Below, in pieces: positions 20,857 through 30,209 of a stretch of 64,000 bases of DNA. Under the pieces are notes generated by a model that was not told the origin of the DNA, ran no database searches, and saw only the letters and a program-made list of their open reading frames with translations. Position numbers and translations under genes: made by a program. Origin of the DNA: an uncultured Spirochaetota bacterium. GTDB lineage: Bacteria; Spirochaetota; Brevinematia; Brevinematales; JAOACQ01. The stretch is taken from positions 174,206 to 238,205 of the forward strand of contig CAWIGG010000005.1 in the NCBI GenBank assembly GCA_963835575.1. The letters are read 5' to 3'. Numbering within the stretch: position 1 is the first letter of the stretch; each line of letters starts with the position of its first letter.

Positions 20857-21591
20857 TTATTTTTTCAAATTCTGCCTGGTAAATACGCCCTTTGAAATCG
20901 GTATGTCAAACTCAAGGTTGGACAATTCCACAGTTGTGACTGAATTTTCCCTTTTCATATCCCTGATGGTCATTTTTGTCGGATAGTACCGCCCCTTGAA
21001 AGTCTGTATCTCACTCTGGGCGAATTTCTTTAACAGCCTTCCGCTTTTCGCGTAAAGGTCCCTTTCAACCGCCACCATTCTTTCCTCATCCACCAGTATT
21101 CTTTCCTTAAAATAAGTCACATCTTCAACTTTGGCGATCAATTCAATATCATAGCACTTGATCCCGTCCACATTTGTTTCCGCTATGATTGTGGATTTAT
21201 ATTTAGACTGGTAATCCTCGTCCCGCATCATATCCTCATAAGAAATATCGCTTCCCATCATTCCCTGCCGGAGCATATGCCCCGATATTTTCATAACATC
21301 ATCCGCGTCGGGCAGATAAATCCACAGCTCATTATCCAGTTTTAGATACTTAACACCCTTATCCTCAGGGTTTGTAAATTCCACAAAAAATTTATTTCCC
21401 GCTTTCATCCCATACATGATCATTTTCTTTGTCATTTTTTTCCCGTCCCTGTCGATGGTCATCATGGCCGTTGTTTTCTGCGTATCAAACACCTGATTTT
21501 TATCCACCATTTTAATAATCTCATCCGCCGTCAGTGAAAAAGCTAATACAGGCAGTAAAAAAGCCAGTAAAAGCAACCCTATTTTCCTCAT
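20857..21591 (-). CDS. LolA-like 'outer membrane lipoprotein-sorting' family periplasmic protein
   Basis: The signal peptide is MRKIGLLLLAFLLPVLAFS. Family-typical sequences follow: LTADEIIKMVDKN..., YLKLDNELWIYLPDADDVMKISGHMLRQGMMGSDISYEDM, and GRYYPTKMTIRD near the C-terminus. Confidence 0.75.
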   Translation of the reverse strand: MRKIGLLLLAFLLPVLAFSLTADEIIKMVDKNQVFDTQKTTAMMTIDRDGKKMTKKMIMYGMKAGNKFFVEFTNPEDKGVKYLKLDNELWIYLPDADDVMKISGHMLRQGMMGSDISYEDMMRDEDYQSKYKSTIIAETNVDGIKCYDIELIAKVEDVTYFKERILVDEERMVAVERDLYAKSGRLLKKFAQSEIQTFKGRYYPTKMTIRDMKRENSVTTVELSNLEFDIPISKGVFTRQNLKK

Positions 21592-21600
21592 ATATGCCTC

Positions 21601-21921
21601 CTATTTTTTCAAAGATTTGATGATCTGTTCCATATCATTTAAATATTCCTCAAGCGCCTTGATCCCTTCCTCGTTTTCAGAAACCGTTGTCAGCGGTTTA
21701 TTGTTCTCAAACTTTTTCCTGATGGAAATATAACCCGCTTCCTCCAGATTTTTCAGCTGGATCGAGAGGTTCCCGGAAGTAAACCCGAGAGATTCCTTTA
21801 AATCTGAAAAACTCATCGTTTTTAATGGATGGCTTGCCAGTTTTGTCAGGATCATAAGCCTGGATCGTTCATGAATGATCTTATTATAATCAAAGACTTT
21901 ATTCCCTTCACTCAAGGCCAC
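21601..21921 (-). CDS. Winged-helix transcriptional regulator (small ArsR/MarR-like HTH)
   Basis: The sequence IHERSRLMILTKLASHPLKTMSFSDLKESLGFTSGNLSIQLKNLEEAGYISIRK is a classical wHTH recognition pattern. The protein is 106 aa. Confidence 0.75.
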   Translation of the reverse strand: MALSEGNKVFDYNKIIHERSRLMILTKLASHPLKTMSFSDLKESLGFTSGNLSIQLKNLEEAGYISIRKKFENNKPLTTVSENEEGIKALEEYLNDMEQIIKSLKK

Positions 21922-21924
21922 AAA

Positions 21925-22608
21925 TCACTCCTTTCTGTTTTTTTTTAAAAGAAGTTTGATCTCTACAACCGCCCCGAGAGTAAAAAAGGCCAATCCAACC
22001 GTGCCGCTTGTCCATATCCATACGCTCACCGGGTCTCTACCGAGAAACAAAACCGATAAAACGCCTGGAATAATAGATAATAGACCGCTGAGCGAGAGTT
22101 CAAACAAAGCAAACTGGTTTCCTATAATAACAAATAAAATCCCGACGCCGATCGTTACTACTGGAAAAATAAAATGAGCCTGTCCGCCCAGGATAAAATA
22201 GACAGAAAAACAAATCATGAGCGCGCCTATGACCATATAAGTCATGAGCAGCGGGCGGCCGATCAACTTTATGACCATGTTCACTATCGACGCATCCGGG
22301 TAGAGCTTTTTTAGAAACCCGAGACTACTCGATTTTATCAGCCCTGAAATGATAAAAAGCGCCGCCGCAGTACCGATTAGTATAATCCTGATTTCAGACG
22401 GCATTTTATCAAAAGAGCCGTACATCCGGCTGAAATAATAAATAAGGAATGATAATAGAAGTATACCGATTCCTCCAAACCAGAATAGTATCCTGTATGG
22501 CCGGGTATATATAACCTGCCTGAGTTTATCGCCATTCTGCTCTATGGCGGAACGGATATATTTAATATCCTTAAGTATTACATTAAAATTCTCAGGGATT
22601 GGTTTCAT
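21925..22608 (-). CDS. Polytopic membrane protein (5-6 predicted TM helices), first gene of the operon
   Basis: AGGAGGAA SD lies 2 nt upstream of ATG 22608. Hydrophobic helices run throughout. The gene ends 3 bp before the regulator gene. Confidence 0.6.
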   Translation of the reverse strand: MKPIPENFNVILKDIKYIRSAIEQNGDKLRQVIYTRPYRILFWFGGIGILLLSFLIYYFSRMYGSFDKMPSEIRIILIGTAAALFIISGLIKSSSLGFLKKLYPDASIVNMVIKLIGRPLLMTYMVIGALMICFSVYFILGGQAHFIFPVVTIGVGILFVIIGNQFALFELSLSGLLSIIPGVLSVLFLGRDPVSVWIWTSGTVGLAFFTLGAVVEIKLLLKKNRKE

Positions 22609-22623
22609 ACTTCCTCCTAATTT

Positions 22624-22654
22624 ATAAACAAGTTTATAATATAAACTTGTTTAT
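22624..22654. promoter_or_regulatory. Perfect 31-bp palindrome (candidate operator / leader hairpin)
   Basis: ATAAACAAGTTTATA-A-TATAAACTTGTTTAT has 15-bp perfect arms. It spans from the -10 box to just before the SD of gene 22608. Confidence 0.65.
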
Positions 22655-22681
22655 TATACCAAGTTTTTTTATCCTTGTCAA
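22653..22681 (-). promoter_or_regulatory. Consensus sigma70-type promoter for the transporter operon
   Basis: On the minus strand the sequence reads TTGACA (22681-22676), a 17-nt spacer, then TATAAT (22658-22653). Both hexamers match consensus exactly. Confidence 0.7.
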
Positions 22682-22769
22682 TACTTATTTTAATAATTTT
22701 AATTTAAATATAATAAAACTCATTATTATGCCTTTTTAATTTTATATATAGATTTACAATACCCATCAT

Positions 22770-22785
22770 ATGACCAACCGGTCAT
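22770..22785. promoter_or_regulatory. Palindromic operator ATGACC-N4-GGTCAT, copy 1 (candidate TetR site)
   Basis: ATGACCAACCGGTCAT is a perfect palindrome. Confidence 0.6.
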
Positions 22786-22802
22786 ATATGAATCAAAAAA
22801 TA

Positions 22803-22818
22803 ATGACCAGATGGTCAT
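22803..22818. promoter_or_regulatory. Palindromic operator ATGACC-N4-GGTCAT, copy 2
   Basis: The site is ATGACCAGATGGTCAT, 33 bp centre to centre from copy 1. A TATAAT on the minus strand lies at 22832-22827, just upstream. Confidence 0.6.
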
Positions 22819-22841
22819 TTCATAAAATTATAAATAAATTT

Positions 22842-23264
22842 TTACTGCCTGTCAAGACCTTTTAAAAATTTTTTTCCAACTTTAAAAATATCCGAAAGCC
22901 TCTTCAATGCCTCCTTCTCTTCTTCAAGAACCGTTCCGTCGGCTTTTACCAGATTTACGGCAAAGCCGATTAATCCGTTTTTCTGATCTTTAGACGACTT
23001 TTCATTATAATAAGAAACGGCTCTTTCATATCTTTTTTTCAGCTCTTCTTCTTTGAGGGAAGAAAGCAGGCCTATTTCCAGTGAAAGGCTGGTAAAATCC
23101 GGTTGATAAGAAAAAATTCTCTTTTCAGTTTTCTTTCGCACATCCGTCTCGGCTTGAAGCAAATACTTAACGATTTCCTGAATTTCACTGCTTTCTATCA
23201 CTCCATCTAACGTCATGAGGTAATACAAAATATCAAGGCCTGCATCCACCAGATTCATACGCAT
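22842..23264 (-). CDS. TerB-like domain protein
   Basis: The protein is 140 aa. LYYLMTLDGVIESSEIQEIVKYL and LVKADGTVLEEEKEALKRL resemble the paired helices of TerB/DjlA-N-type domains. Confidence 0.5.
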   Translation of the reverse strand: MRMNLVDAGLDILYYLMTLDGVIESSEIQEIVKYLLQAETDVRKKTEKRIFSYQPDFTSLSLEIGLLSSLKEEELKKRYERAVSYYNEKSSKDQKNGLIGFAVNLVKADGTVLEEEKEALKRLSDIFKVGKKFLKGLDRQ

Positions 23265-23273
23265 TTCCTTTAA

Positions 23274-23894
23274 TTATTTATATATCCCTTCTGAAAGAAC
23301 TTTTAAAGCCTGATCCAGTTTTTCCAGATATTTTTGCTTAAACTTTTCATCATCCGTCTGAATATCATATTCCACCAGCATATCCGTCCTGATGCCGTTT
23401 AAAAGCCACTTTATGATTTCTATTGTTGTTTCCAATCCCCATTTGAGATTTTGAGTATCAATACCGCGGCTGAGGATATGAATAAACGATTCTATATCCC
23501 TTGAAAAAATCAAAACCAGTTTTTCCTGGAAAAGAAGGTTTTTTTGTCCCAACAGACTGAAAAAAAGCTTAAAAAGCTTCGGCTGCTTTGAATAAATATC
23601 AATAGATGTTTCGCCGAATTTTTTTACCCTTTCCAGGACATCCGGTGATAAATCCCTCATCTGCATCTGCAGCTGTTTGAGGATCCCCCCGATGGCGACT
23701 TCCATAACATAAATATAAAGATTTTCTTTTGTTTTGAAATATTGAAAAAGGCTACCTTTTGATATGCCGATTTTTCTAACCATTCTGTTTGTTGATGCAT
23801 TTTCAAAACCGTACTCTGCAAATTCATCGATACATGCATCAATAATAATCTTCTGCTTTTCATCAGGAAGGTTTTTAAAGGCATCCAATTTCAA
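23274..23894 (-). CDS. TetR/AcrR family transcriptional regulator
   Basis: The N-terminal HTH reads FAEYGFENASTNRMVRKIGISKGSLFQYFKTKENLY. The protein is 206 aa. Confidence 0.85.
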   Translation of the reverse strand: MKLDAFKNLPDEKQKIIIDACIDEFAEYGFENASTNRMVRKIGISKGSLFQYFKTKENLYIYVMEVAIGGILKQLQMQMRDLSPDVLERVKKFGETSIDIYSKQPKLFKLFFSLLGQKNLLFQEKLVLIFSRDIESFIHILSRGIDTQNLKWGLETTIEIIKWLLNGIRTDMLVEYDIQTDDEKFKQKYLEKLDQALKVLSEGIYK

Positions 23895-23918
23895 TGTTTT
23901 TACCCCAATAGATTAAAA

Positions 23919-23934
23919 TTGACCAACTGGTCAT
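23919..23934. promoter_or_regulatory. Palindromic operator, copy 3, upstream of the tetR start
   Basis: The site is TTGACCAACTGGTCAT, 25 nt upstream of ATG 23894. Confidence 0.6.
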
Positions 23935-24029
23935 TATTATTGTATAAAAAAAAGCGTCTTTTGTCAATAAAATATTTCATAAAATGAGCGATTTGTTTTT
24001 TATTTATATATAACATATATAAATGCAAC

Positions 24030-24092
24030 TTTCCACCCCGCGCCGGTTCCTGAGTAGCCCGACAGGGCGTATCGAAGGACGCGGGGTGGAAA
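24030..24092. repeat. Hairpin repeat TTTCCACCCCGCG...CGCGGGGTGGAAA carrying the CCTGAGTAGCCCGA.AGGGCGTATCGAAGGA module
   Basis: It has 13-bp perfect arms. The loop module recurs at 63701-63731. Confidence 0.65.
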
Positions 24093-24136
24093 ACTGCCTA
24101 TTTTATAAAAGAATCGCTCAATTTAGATAATATCTT

Positions 24137-24895
24137 TTACTGCTGAGGCATAATAAATGGAATGACAGTATTGCTGGATGTTGTGTTCTTCCCGGCCGTA
24201 TCAGAATAAAAATATATCTTGCCTTTCGCAAAACGGACCCATTCTGAATTTGGATAATCTTTTATCAGCTGTTTGTAATAACCCAGCGCATGCTCGGTAT
24301 CCGACATCTGCTCGCGGCAGCGGGCCAGGCCGACAAGGGCAAGCGGGGCAAAACCTTCATTTGTATATTTCTGTACAATAATAGTATAATCCTCAAAGGC
24401 TTTATCATATTTATTTCCCTGTTCTGAACACTGCGCTCTTCCCAGTAATGCCAGAACCTTATAAAAATCCGAACCGGCTGCCAGGTAAGCGCTGTTGTAA
24501 TAATTCTGGGCTTTCTGGATAGAATCCGCTTTTCCTGTCTGAAAAAAATCATTATAAAATATCCTTCCAAGTAAAAGACGCGCCCTGATGGAAGCCACTG
24601 TTTTAGGATAAAGCTGAACGAGGCTTTCCAGGCTCTGGACCTGTTGATTATATATATTAAGCCGCTCTGTCTCATTTGTCGTAAAAGCAGGATTATTGAT
24701 ATAACTGAGATAGTTCTGAGCCATATCATATTGCTTATTTGCTTTTTCATTATTCGACGAACTGATATAATTCGATACAGTAATAATAACAATAATCAGC
24801 ACAACCGCTCCGAATATTACGCTGAGCGCCATTCTGTATTTAAAAACCAGCTCTACTATCTGATCAAATTGAGTTTTTTGCTTTTGCGGATTCAT
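24137..24895 (-). CDS. Membrane-anchored TPR-repeat protein (YfgM/YbgF-like)
   Basis: A single N-terminal TM helix (ALSVIFGAVVLIIVIITV) is followed by TPR-like repeats. The track start overlaps the rpsA stop by 32 bp; an alternative start is ATG 24832. Confidence 0.6.
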   Translation of the reverse strand: MNPQKQKTQFDQIVELVFKYRMALSVIFGAVVLIIVIITVSNYISSSNNEKANKQYDMAQNYLSYINNPAFTTNETERLNIYNQQVQSLESLVQLYPKTVASIRARLLLGRIFYNDFFQTGKADSIQKAQNYYNSAYLAAGSDFYKVLALLGRAQCSEQGNKYDKAFEDYTIIVQKYTNEGFAPLALVGLARCREQMSDTEHALGYYKQLIKDYPNSEWVRFAKGKIYFYSDTAGKNTTSSNTVIPFIMPQQ

Positions 24896-26582
24896 CAGTA
24901 TTCTCCAATTTTATATTTGCAAACTGTTCCTTTAGTAAAGACCCGATACTCAGAGTATTCGCCTGGGATTTATCGCCTGCTATATACTTTGAAAATTCAA
25001 ATTTTTCCTCATTATAGAGATAATCCTTAATACTGAGCTCAATTTTATTCTTATTAACATCCACATACCTGACCAGCGCCTTGACTTCTTCCCCAACCTT
25101 TAAAACATCCTGGACTTTTTCAACCTTGTCTTTTGATATCTGGGAGATATGGACAAAACCCTCCAGGTTATTTTCCAGTGATAAAACCGCGCCGGTTTCC
25201 TGGATCTGCTTTACAACCGCCGTAACAACAGATCCTTTCGGGTAGTTCATTGAATAAGACTTATAAGGATTATCAGAAAGCTGTTTATAGCCCAGCCTGA
25301 GCTTTTCATTTTCCTTATCCAGCGAAAGAACTATTACCCGGACTTTCTCTCCTTTCCTGAATTTCTTTTTTGGGTCCACACCGCTGTCAAGCCAGTCAAC
25401 ATCTTCACGGCGCATAAGGCCTTCAATGCCATCGTCGAATTTTACAAATAAGCCGAAATCCAGAATCGAAGAAACGACTCCTTCAACTTTGCGCCCGTAG
25501 CTGTAGTTTAATTCGGCCTTTTCCCATGGATTTTCCTGAATATCCCTCAGGGACACATCCATGCGCCTTTTTTCCGGCTCGAAATTTCTGATCTTGACTT
25601 CCACAATTGTTCCATGGCTCAAGAATTTCTTGGCATCATGGATTCTTTCTGTCCAGGACATTTCCGCGACGGACAAAAAGGCCTCCACTCCATCTTCAAT
25701 CTCTATAATAGCGCCGTCTTTTCTATAGCTGACGACTTTGCCTTTAACAACATCACCCGGCGAATATTTTTTCGGCACTGAAAGCCAGGGGTCCTGTGTC
25801 AGCTGTTTTCTCCCGACCTTAATGGAATTTCTCGCCTTTTCCATCCTGGTTATTATGACATCCATCTCATCGCCAAGCTTGACAACTTTACGCATATCAT
25901 CAAGATACTTCCATGAAAAATCGGAAACATGCATAAAAACTCGGATGCCTTCAGCGGTCAGCACAATAAAATCCTCTTCTATCCTGTCCGCCTTGCCATG
26001 AATAACATCACCGACTTTATACTTTTCAAAAAATGTGACATAAAGCTTTTTTATTGTCTTTTGAAGGAATTCCCGGCGGGAAACCGTATAACTGTTCCTT
26101 TTCGCTTCAATTACAGCAAAATCAGTAACCAAGCCTTTTAATGTTTCAAGCTTTTCATCTTTTTTCACATCAATCTGCGACAATGGAAGAAAAGCTTTGA
26201 TCCCAAACCCTAATTCTACTGTAAAACCCTTCGGTACATTATCTTTATATATTGGTTCCTCAATGGTCCCGCTGACAGGCAGACCTGAATTAAGGGCATT
26301 ATTCAAATCCTCAATTTTCCTGATTTTTTCCGCTTCTGTTTTTGAGCCTATATTAACGCCGTCTTTTGCTTCTTTTAAAATAACATCGGTCTCATCGCCG
26401 ATTGAGGGAAGCTGTGAAAACTCGGATAAGGGAACAACACATTCCGATTTGCCTCCCATATCCAGAAACACATCGCCGCTGTTGACAGCGACAACTTTGC
26501 CCTTCCTGACCCGGCTCTGGTATTCTGCTGAAGCCGCAGGCGCATTATCCTGTTTCATCGCCTCAAGAAAAATATCACTCAT
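24864..26582 (-). CDS. rpsA: 30S ribosomal protein S1
   Basis: Six consecutive S1/OB repeats are visible (G.VV.G.V........V.L..G..GF.H.S pattern, for example GSVVTAVVKQIQETGAVLSLENNLEGFVHISQIS). The probable start is MSDIFLEAMK. Confidence 0.85.
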   Translation of the reverse strand: MSDIFLEAMKQDNAPAASAEYQSRVRKGKVVAVNSGDVFLDMGGKSECVVPLSEFSQLPSIGDETDVILKEAKDGVNIGSKTEAEKIRKIEDLNNALNSGLPVSGTIEEPIYKDNVPKGFTVELGFGIKAFLPLSQIDVKKDEKLETLKGLVTDFAVIEAKRNSYTVSRREFLQKTIKKLYVTFFEKYKVGDVIHGKADRIEEDFIVLTAEGIRVFMHVSDFSWKYLDDMRKVVKLGDEMDVIITRMEKARNSIKVGRKQLTQDPWLSVPKKYSPGDVVKGKVVSYRKDGAIIEIEDGVEAFLSVAEMSWTERIHDAKKFLSHGTIVEVKIRNFEPEKRRMDVSLRDIQENPWEKAELNYSYGRKVEGVVSSILDFGLFVKFDDGIEGLMRREDVDWLDSGVDPKKKFRKGEKVRVIVLSLDKENEKLRLGYKQLSDNPYKSYSMNYPKGSVVTAVVKQIQETGAVLSLENNLEGFVHISQISKDKVEKVQDVLKVGEEVKALVRYVDVNKNKIELSIKDYLYNEEKFEFSKYIAGDKSQANTLSIGSLLKEQFANIKLENTDESAKAKNSI

Positions 26583-26700
26583 CACATCTACACCCATATG
26601 AACCTCATCAATAAAAATACAGGTATATATTTTAATTGGTTTATTCTGTTTGTCAATTTTTTAGGCAAGTTTCAATTACCTAAATAATGATCAAACAGCT

Positions 26701-27378
26701 TTATTTCAAGCGAAGATTGTCCATTTCAAATAAATCGGGACGGGAATCATTTTTATTGGCAAATATTTTAGAAATAAATCTTACCGGAATTGAATAGTTT
26801 TTCCCTTCTGAAGAATAATCGTTATATGAAATAATCGTGGAACTCATTATATCTTCTCCCAGCAGGTAATCCAGCCTCTGGATCTGCTTATTATCCATAT
26901 TAACATATAATAAAAGGGTGTTTTCAGCATCTTTAATGCGCAGTTTTAAAATAATAAGATTATTTTCTTTTAATTGATAAGAAATATTATATTTTTTTAA
27001 AAAAGCATCGGTTTCATGTCTTGACAAAAGAATGTCAAACGCGAAAAACTGCCTCGGCAGGTCCTGATAAAGATTCCGGTAAAGGTCGTCAACATTCTGC
27101 ACTATTATAGTGATCCCTTTCTCCTTTGAATAAATAACAGCCGCAGTAACATTTTTATTTTTATCCAGATAAGAATCCCTGGGAATACTGGCAAGCTTTT
27201 TTTCTATTGATCTGCCTTTAAGGTCGGCGCTGAATGAAGGCGGCAGTTTTTCAAGAGAAGCGTTCCTGATATCTTTAAAGTATACTTCAGCCGGCACATC
27301 CTGATTCTGCTGGGAAAAACCTAATACTGCCGGCAAAAGAAACGCAAAAAATAATATGATGGATTTTCTCTTTTCCAT
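26701..27378 (-). CDS. Secreted hypothetical protein
   Basis: The signal peptide is MEKRKSIILFFAFLLPAVLGFS. I recognise no family motif. Confidence 0.5.
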   Translation of the reverse strand: MEKRKSIILFFAFLLPAVLGFSQQNQDVPAEVYFKDIRNASLEKLPPSFSADLKGRSIEKKLASIPRDSYLDKNKNVTAAVIYSKEKGITIIVQNVDDLYRNLYQDLPRQFFAFDILLSRHETDAFLKKYNISYQLKENNLIILKLRIKDAENTLLLYVNMDNKQIQRLDYLLGEDIMSSTIISYNDYSSEGKNYSIPVRFISKIFANKNDSRPDLFEMDNLRLK

Positions 27379-27468
27379 AAAATACTCCTTTATTCTAATA
27401 TTAATTTACATAGTTATCATTTTTTTCAACATTTCATTTCGGGTTCTTATAAAAATTCAATAAGATTT

Positions 27469-28236
27469 TCATAAATAATCAAGGCGTACCGGCACTTTAT
27501 TTCTCTTAAGATGCTCTTTTACCTGATTAATTGTCATCTCCCTGAAATGAAACAGCGAAGCGGCCAGCGCGGCGCTTGCCTTGCCTATAGTAAAAGCCTC
27601 AAGAAAATGCTCTAATGTTCCGGCGCCGCCGGAAGCAATGACCGGAATGGAAACCTTCCCGCTGATAATGGACGTGATTTCATTATCATACCCGTCTTTT
27701 GTCCCGTCCCTGTCCATCGAGGTCAGTAATATTTCCCCTGCTCCCAGCCCGCAGACTTTAACCGCCCATTCTACTCCATCCAGCCCGGTATCAATCCGGC
27801 CTCCATTTATAAAAACATGCCATTTACCTGTTTCCACTTTCTTAACATCAATCGCCACAACGATTGTCGAACTGCCGAAAACCCGGGCGGCTTCTTTTAC
27901 AAAGGCGGGATTCTTAACGGCGGCCGAGTTAATGGACACTTTGTCCGCACCGGTCTGGAGCATGGTGCGGATATCCTTGATTGTCCTGATGCCGCCCCCT
28001 ATTGTAAAGGGAATAAAAATTTCCCGTGCCACCCTTCTGGCGACATCAACCATTGTATCCCGGTTTTCATGGCTTGCCGTAATATCCAGGAAAACAATTT
28101 CATCAGCCCCTTCATCATTATAATAAACCGCGTTTTCCACAGGATCGCCGGCGTCTTTTATATTGACAAAATTTACCCCTTTTACAACCCGGCCTTTGTC
28201 TATATCAAGGCAGGGTATAATCCGTTTAGCAAGCAT
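27469..28236 (-). CDS. hisF: Imidazole glycerol phosphate synthase, cyclase subunit
   Basis: [34 protein letters not shown] and [12 protein letters not shown] motifs are present, as is the C-terminal phosphate-binding ASGGAG. Confidence 0.9.
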   Translation of the reverse strand: MLAKRIIPCLDIDKGRVVKGVNFVNIKDAGDPVENAVYYNDEGADEIVFLDITASHENRDTMVDVARRVAREIFIPFTIGGGIRTIKDIRTMLQTGADKVSINSAAVKNPAFVKEAARVFGSSTIVVAIDVKKVETGKWHVFINGGRIDTGLDGVEWAVKVCGLGAGEILLTSMDRDGTKDGYDNEITSIISGKVSIPVIASGGAGTLEHFLEAFTIGKASAALAASLFHFREMTINQVKEHLKRNKVPVRLDYL

Positions 28237-28249
28237 GAAGCTTCCGTCC

Positions 28250-28768
28250 TTAAATTTTTTCTACAATAAAAAGCGCTTCTCCAGACTGGACAGGGCTTGA
28301 GTTGGTTTTTAATATTTCCACAACTTTACCCTGAATATCGGCTTTAATTTCATTCATGATCTTCATGGCTTCAACTATGCAGACAGTTGTATCCTTCGAA
28401 ACCGTATCCCCGGTTTTAACATAGGGAGGCGATTGAGGCGAAGGCGCTTCATAAAAAGTACCGATAACAGGAGATTTAATCTTAAAGTACTTATTCTCAT
28501 CCTCATAAGCGGCTTTTTGAGACGGTTTCTGTTCTTTTGCCGGAGCCGGCGCTTTCGGCATGATGTCGTCATGCTGTGATGGCTCTGCCGGTTCATACAG
28601 CACCGCTGGCGCGCAGCCTGAAGGCATAACCCGGGCCTTTTTTTTTGATATCCGGAGATAAAGAGAGTCCCCTTCCTCCAATTCTAATTCCTGAATATTT
28701 GAATCTTCCAATAGGCTTTTTACCTGTTTTAAGAATGCAATATCAAACCCGCAAACATTCTTTTCCAT
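28250..28768 (-). CDS. accB: Biotin carboxyl carrier protein
   Basis: The C-terminal biotinyl domain carries the EAMKIMNEI biotinyl-lysine motif. A Pro/Ala-rich linker precedes it. Confidence 0.85.
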   Translation of the reverse strand: MEKNVCGFDIAFLKQVKSLLEDSNIQELELEEGDSLYLRISKKKARVMPSGCAPAVLYEPAEPSQHDDIMPKAPAPAKEQKPSQKAAYEDENKYFKIKSPVIGTFYEAPSPQSPPYVKTGDTVSKDTTVCIVEAMKIMNEIKADIQGKVVEILKTNSSPVQSGEALFIVEKI

Positions 28769-28820
28769 ACAAAATGTACCTCCGCAATTTTAAATTTTAA
28801 ATGAGGGCATGGCTGAACCA

Positions 28821-30014
28821 TTATTTATCCAATAAAGAGCGAATTCTTTTGACTGCTTCCTCCAACCGGCTGATAGGCTGAGTATAGGAAAGCCGTATAT
28901 ATCCTTCCAGACCAAAGGCGCTGCCTGGAACAACAGAAACATGGGCCTTTTCCAGCAATATGCGGGAAAACTCCGCTGAATTTATCGGTACCGTATCACC
29001 CACTTCTTTAGCCAGGTAATACTGGATATTCGGGAAAATATAAAAAGCGCCGTCAGGGACCTGGCATCTGACACCATGAATGGCATTCAAAGCATTGGCT
29101 ATATAATCCCTTCTTTCTTTAAATTCAGACACCATTTTTTCCACATAACTTTTAGAATTCTTTAAGCATGCTATACATGCCATCTGGGCTATGGTATTGG
29201 GATTGGATGTTGAGTGGCTCTGGATTTCATCAAATTTTTTAACTATTCCTTCCCGTGCGGCGGCATAACCGACCCGCCAGCCGGGCATGGAATAAGCCTT
29301 TGAAAAACCGTTTATCGTTATTGTATTTTCGAAAATGGCCGGGGATAATGAAGCGATGGAAGTATGTGCTCCTGTATAATTAAAATACTCGTAGATTTCA
29401 TCCGCTATTATAAAAATATCTTTTTTTAAGGCCAGATCCCCGATAAATTGAAGCTCTTCAGGTGTATAACATACTCCCGTCGGGTTAGAAGGATAATTCA
29501 GTATCAAGCCTTTAACCCTGGCGGTGATATGCTTTTCCAGTCCATCCAGATCAATTTTAAAACCATCGTCTTCTGTTGCCGGTACCGCTCTCGGCACACC
29601 GCCGGCAAGCCTTATCTGCTCCACATAGCTTACCCAGTAGGGAACAGGCACCAATACCTCATCTCCTTCATCCACAAGCGCCTGCATTGCCAGATACAAG
29701 GCGAATTTAGCGCCCGGCGTCACGATAATATTCTTCGTTTCCAGCGATATATTGTTTTCTTCCTTTAATTTGCCGACAATCAGCTGCTTTAATTCAATTA
29801 ATCCGGAATTTTCCGTGTAATGAGCGTTGCCTTCCTGAACCGCTGCCATTGAAGCTTCCTTGGCCTCAAAGGGCGGTTCCCAATCAGGTTCTCCCGCGGC
29901 AAGAGAAATCACATCAATCCCGTTTTTCTTCATTTCTTTAGCTTTGGAGGCTATTGAAAGAGTCGCCGAAGCTTCCAGCTGCCTGACCCGTCTGGAAAAT
30001 TCTATCATATTCAA
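28821..30014 (-). CDS. Class I/II PLP-dependent aminotransferase (aspartate aminotransferase-like)
   Basis: The PLP-lysine motif NGFSKAYSMPGWRVGY is present, along with the NYPSNPTG motif. The protein is 397 aa. Confidence 0.85.
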   Translation of the reverse strand: MNMIEFSRRVRQLEASATLSIASKAKEMKKNGIDVISLAAGEPDWEPPFEAKEASMAAVQEGNAHYTENSGLIELKQLIVGKLKEENNISLETKNIIVTPGAKFALYLAMQALVDEGDEVLVPVPYWVSYVEQIRLAGGVPRAVPATEDDGFKIDLDGLEKHITARVKGLILNYPSNPTGVCYTPEELQFIGDLALKKDIFIIADEIYEYFNYTGAHTSIASLSPAIFENTITINGFSKAYSMPGWRVGYAAAREGIVKKFDEIQSHSTSNPNTIAQMACIACLKNSKSYVEKMVSEFKERRDYIANALNAIHGVRCQVPDGAFYIFPNIQYYLAKEVGDTVPINSAEFSRILLEKAHVSVVPGSAFGLEGYIRLSYTQPISRLEEAVKRIRSLLDK

Positions 30015-30209
30015 TCCTCTTGATCATAATCCCGATTCGAATCATTTTAAAGGCAAGAAGAACCGATGTCAAAACTTTATTGAAAATATTTACCCGCTGG
30101 AAACGCGCTCAAATCCCCGGACGGTGTTCCGGGCTCACCGGGGTATAATACCGTTATAACAGAATAATATCAATGGGAAGCAAGTCCCTGTCAGGAATAA
30201 ACAATCCGT

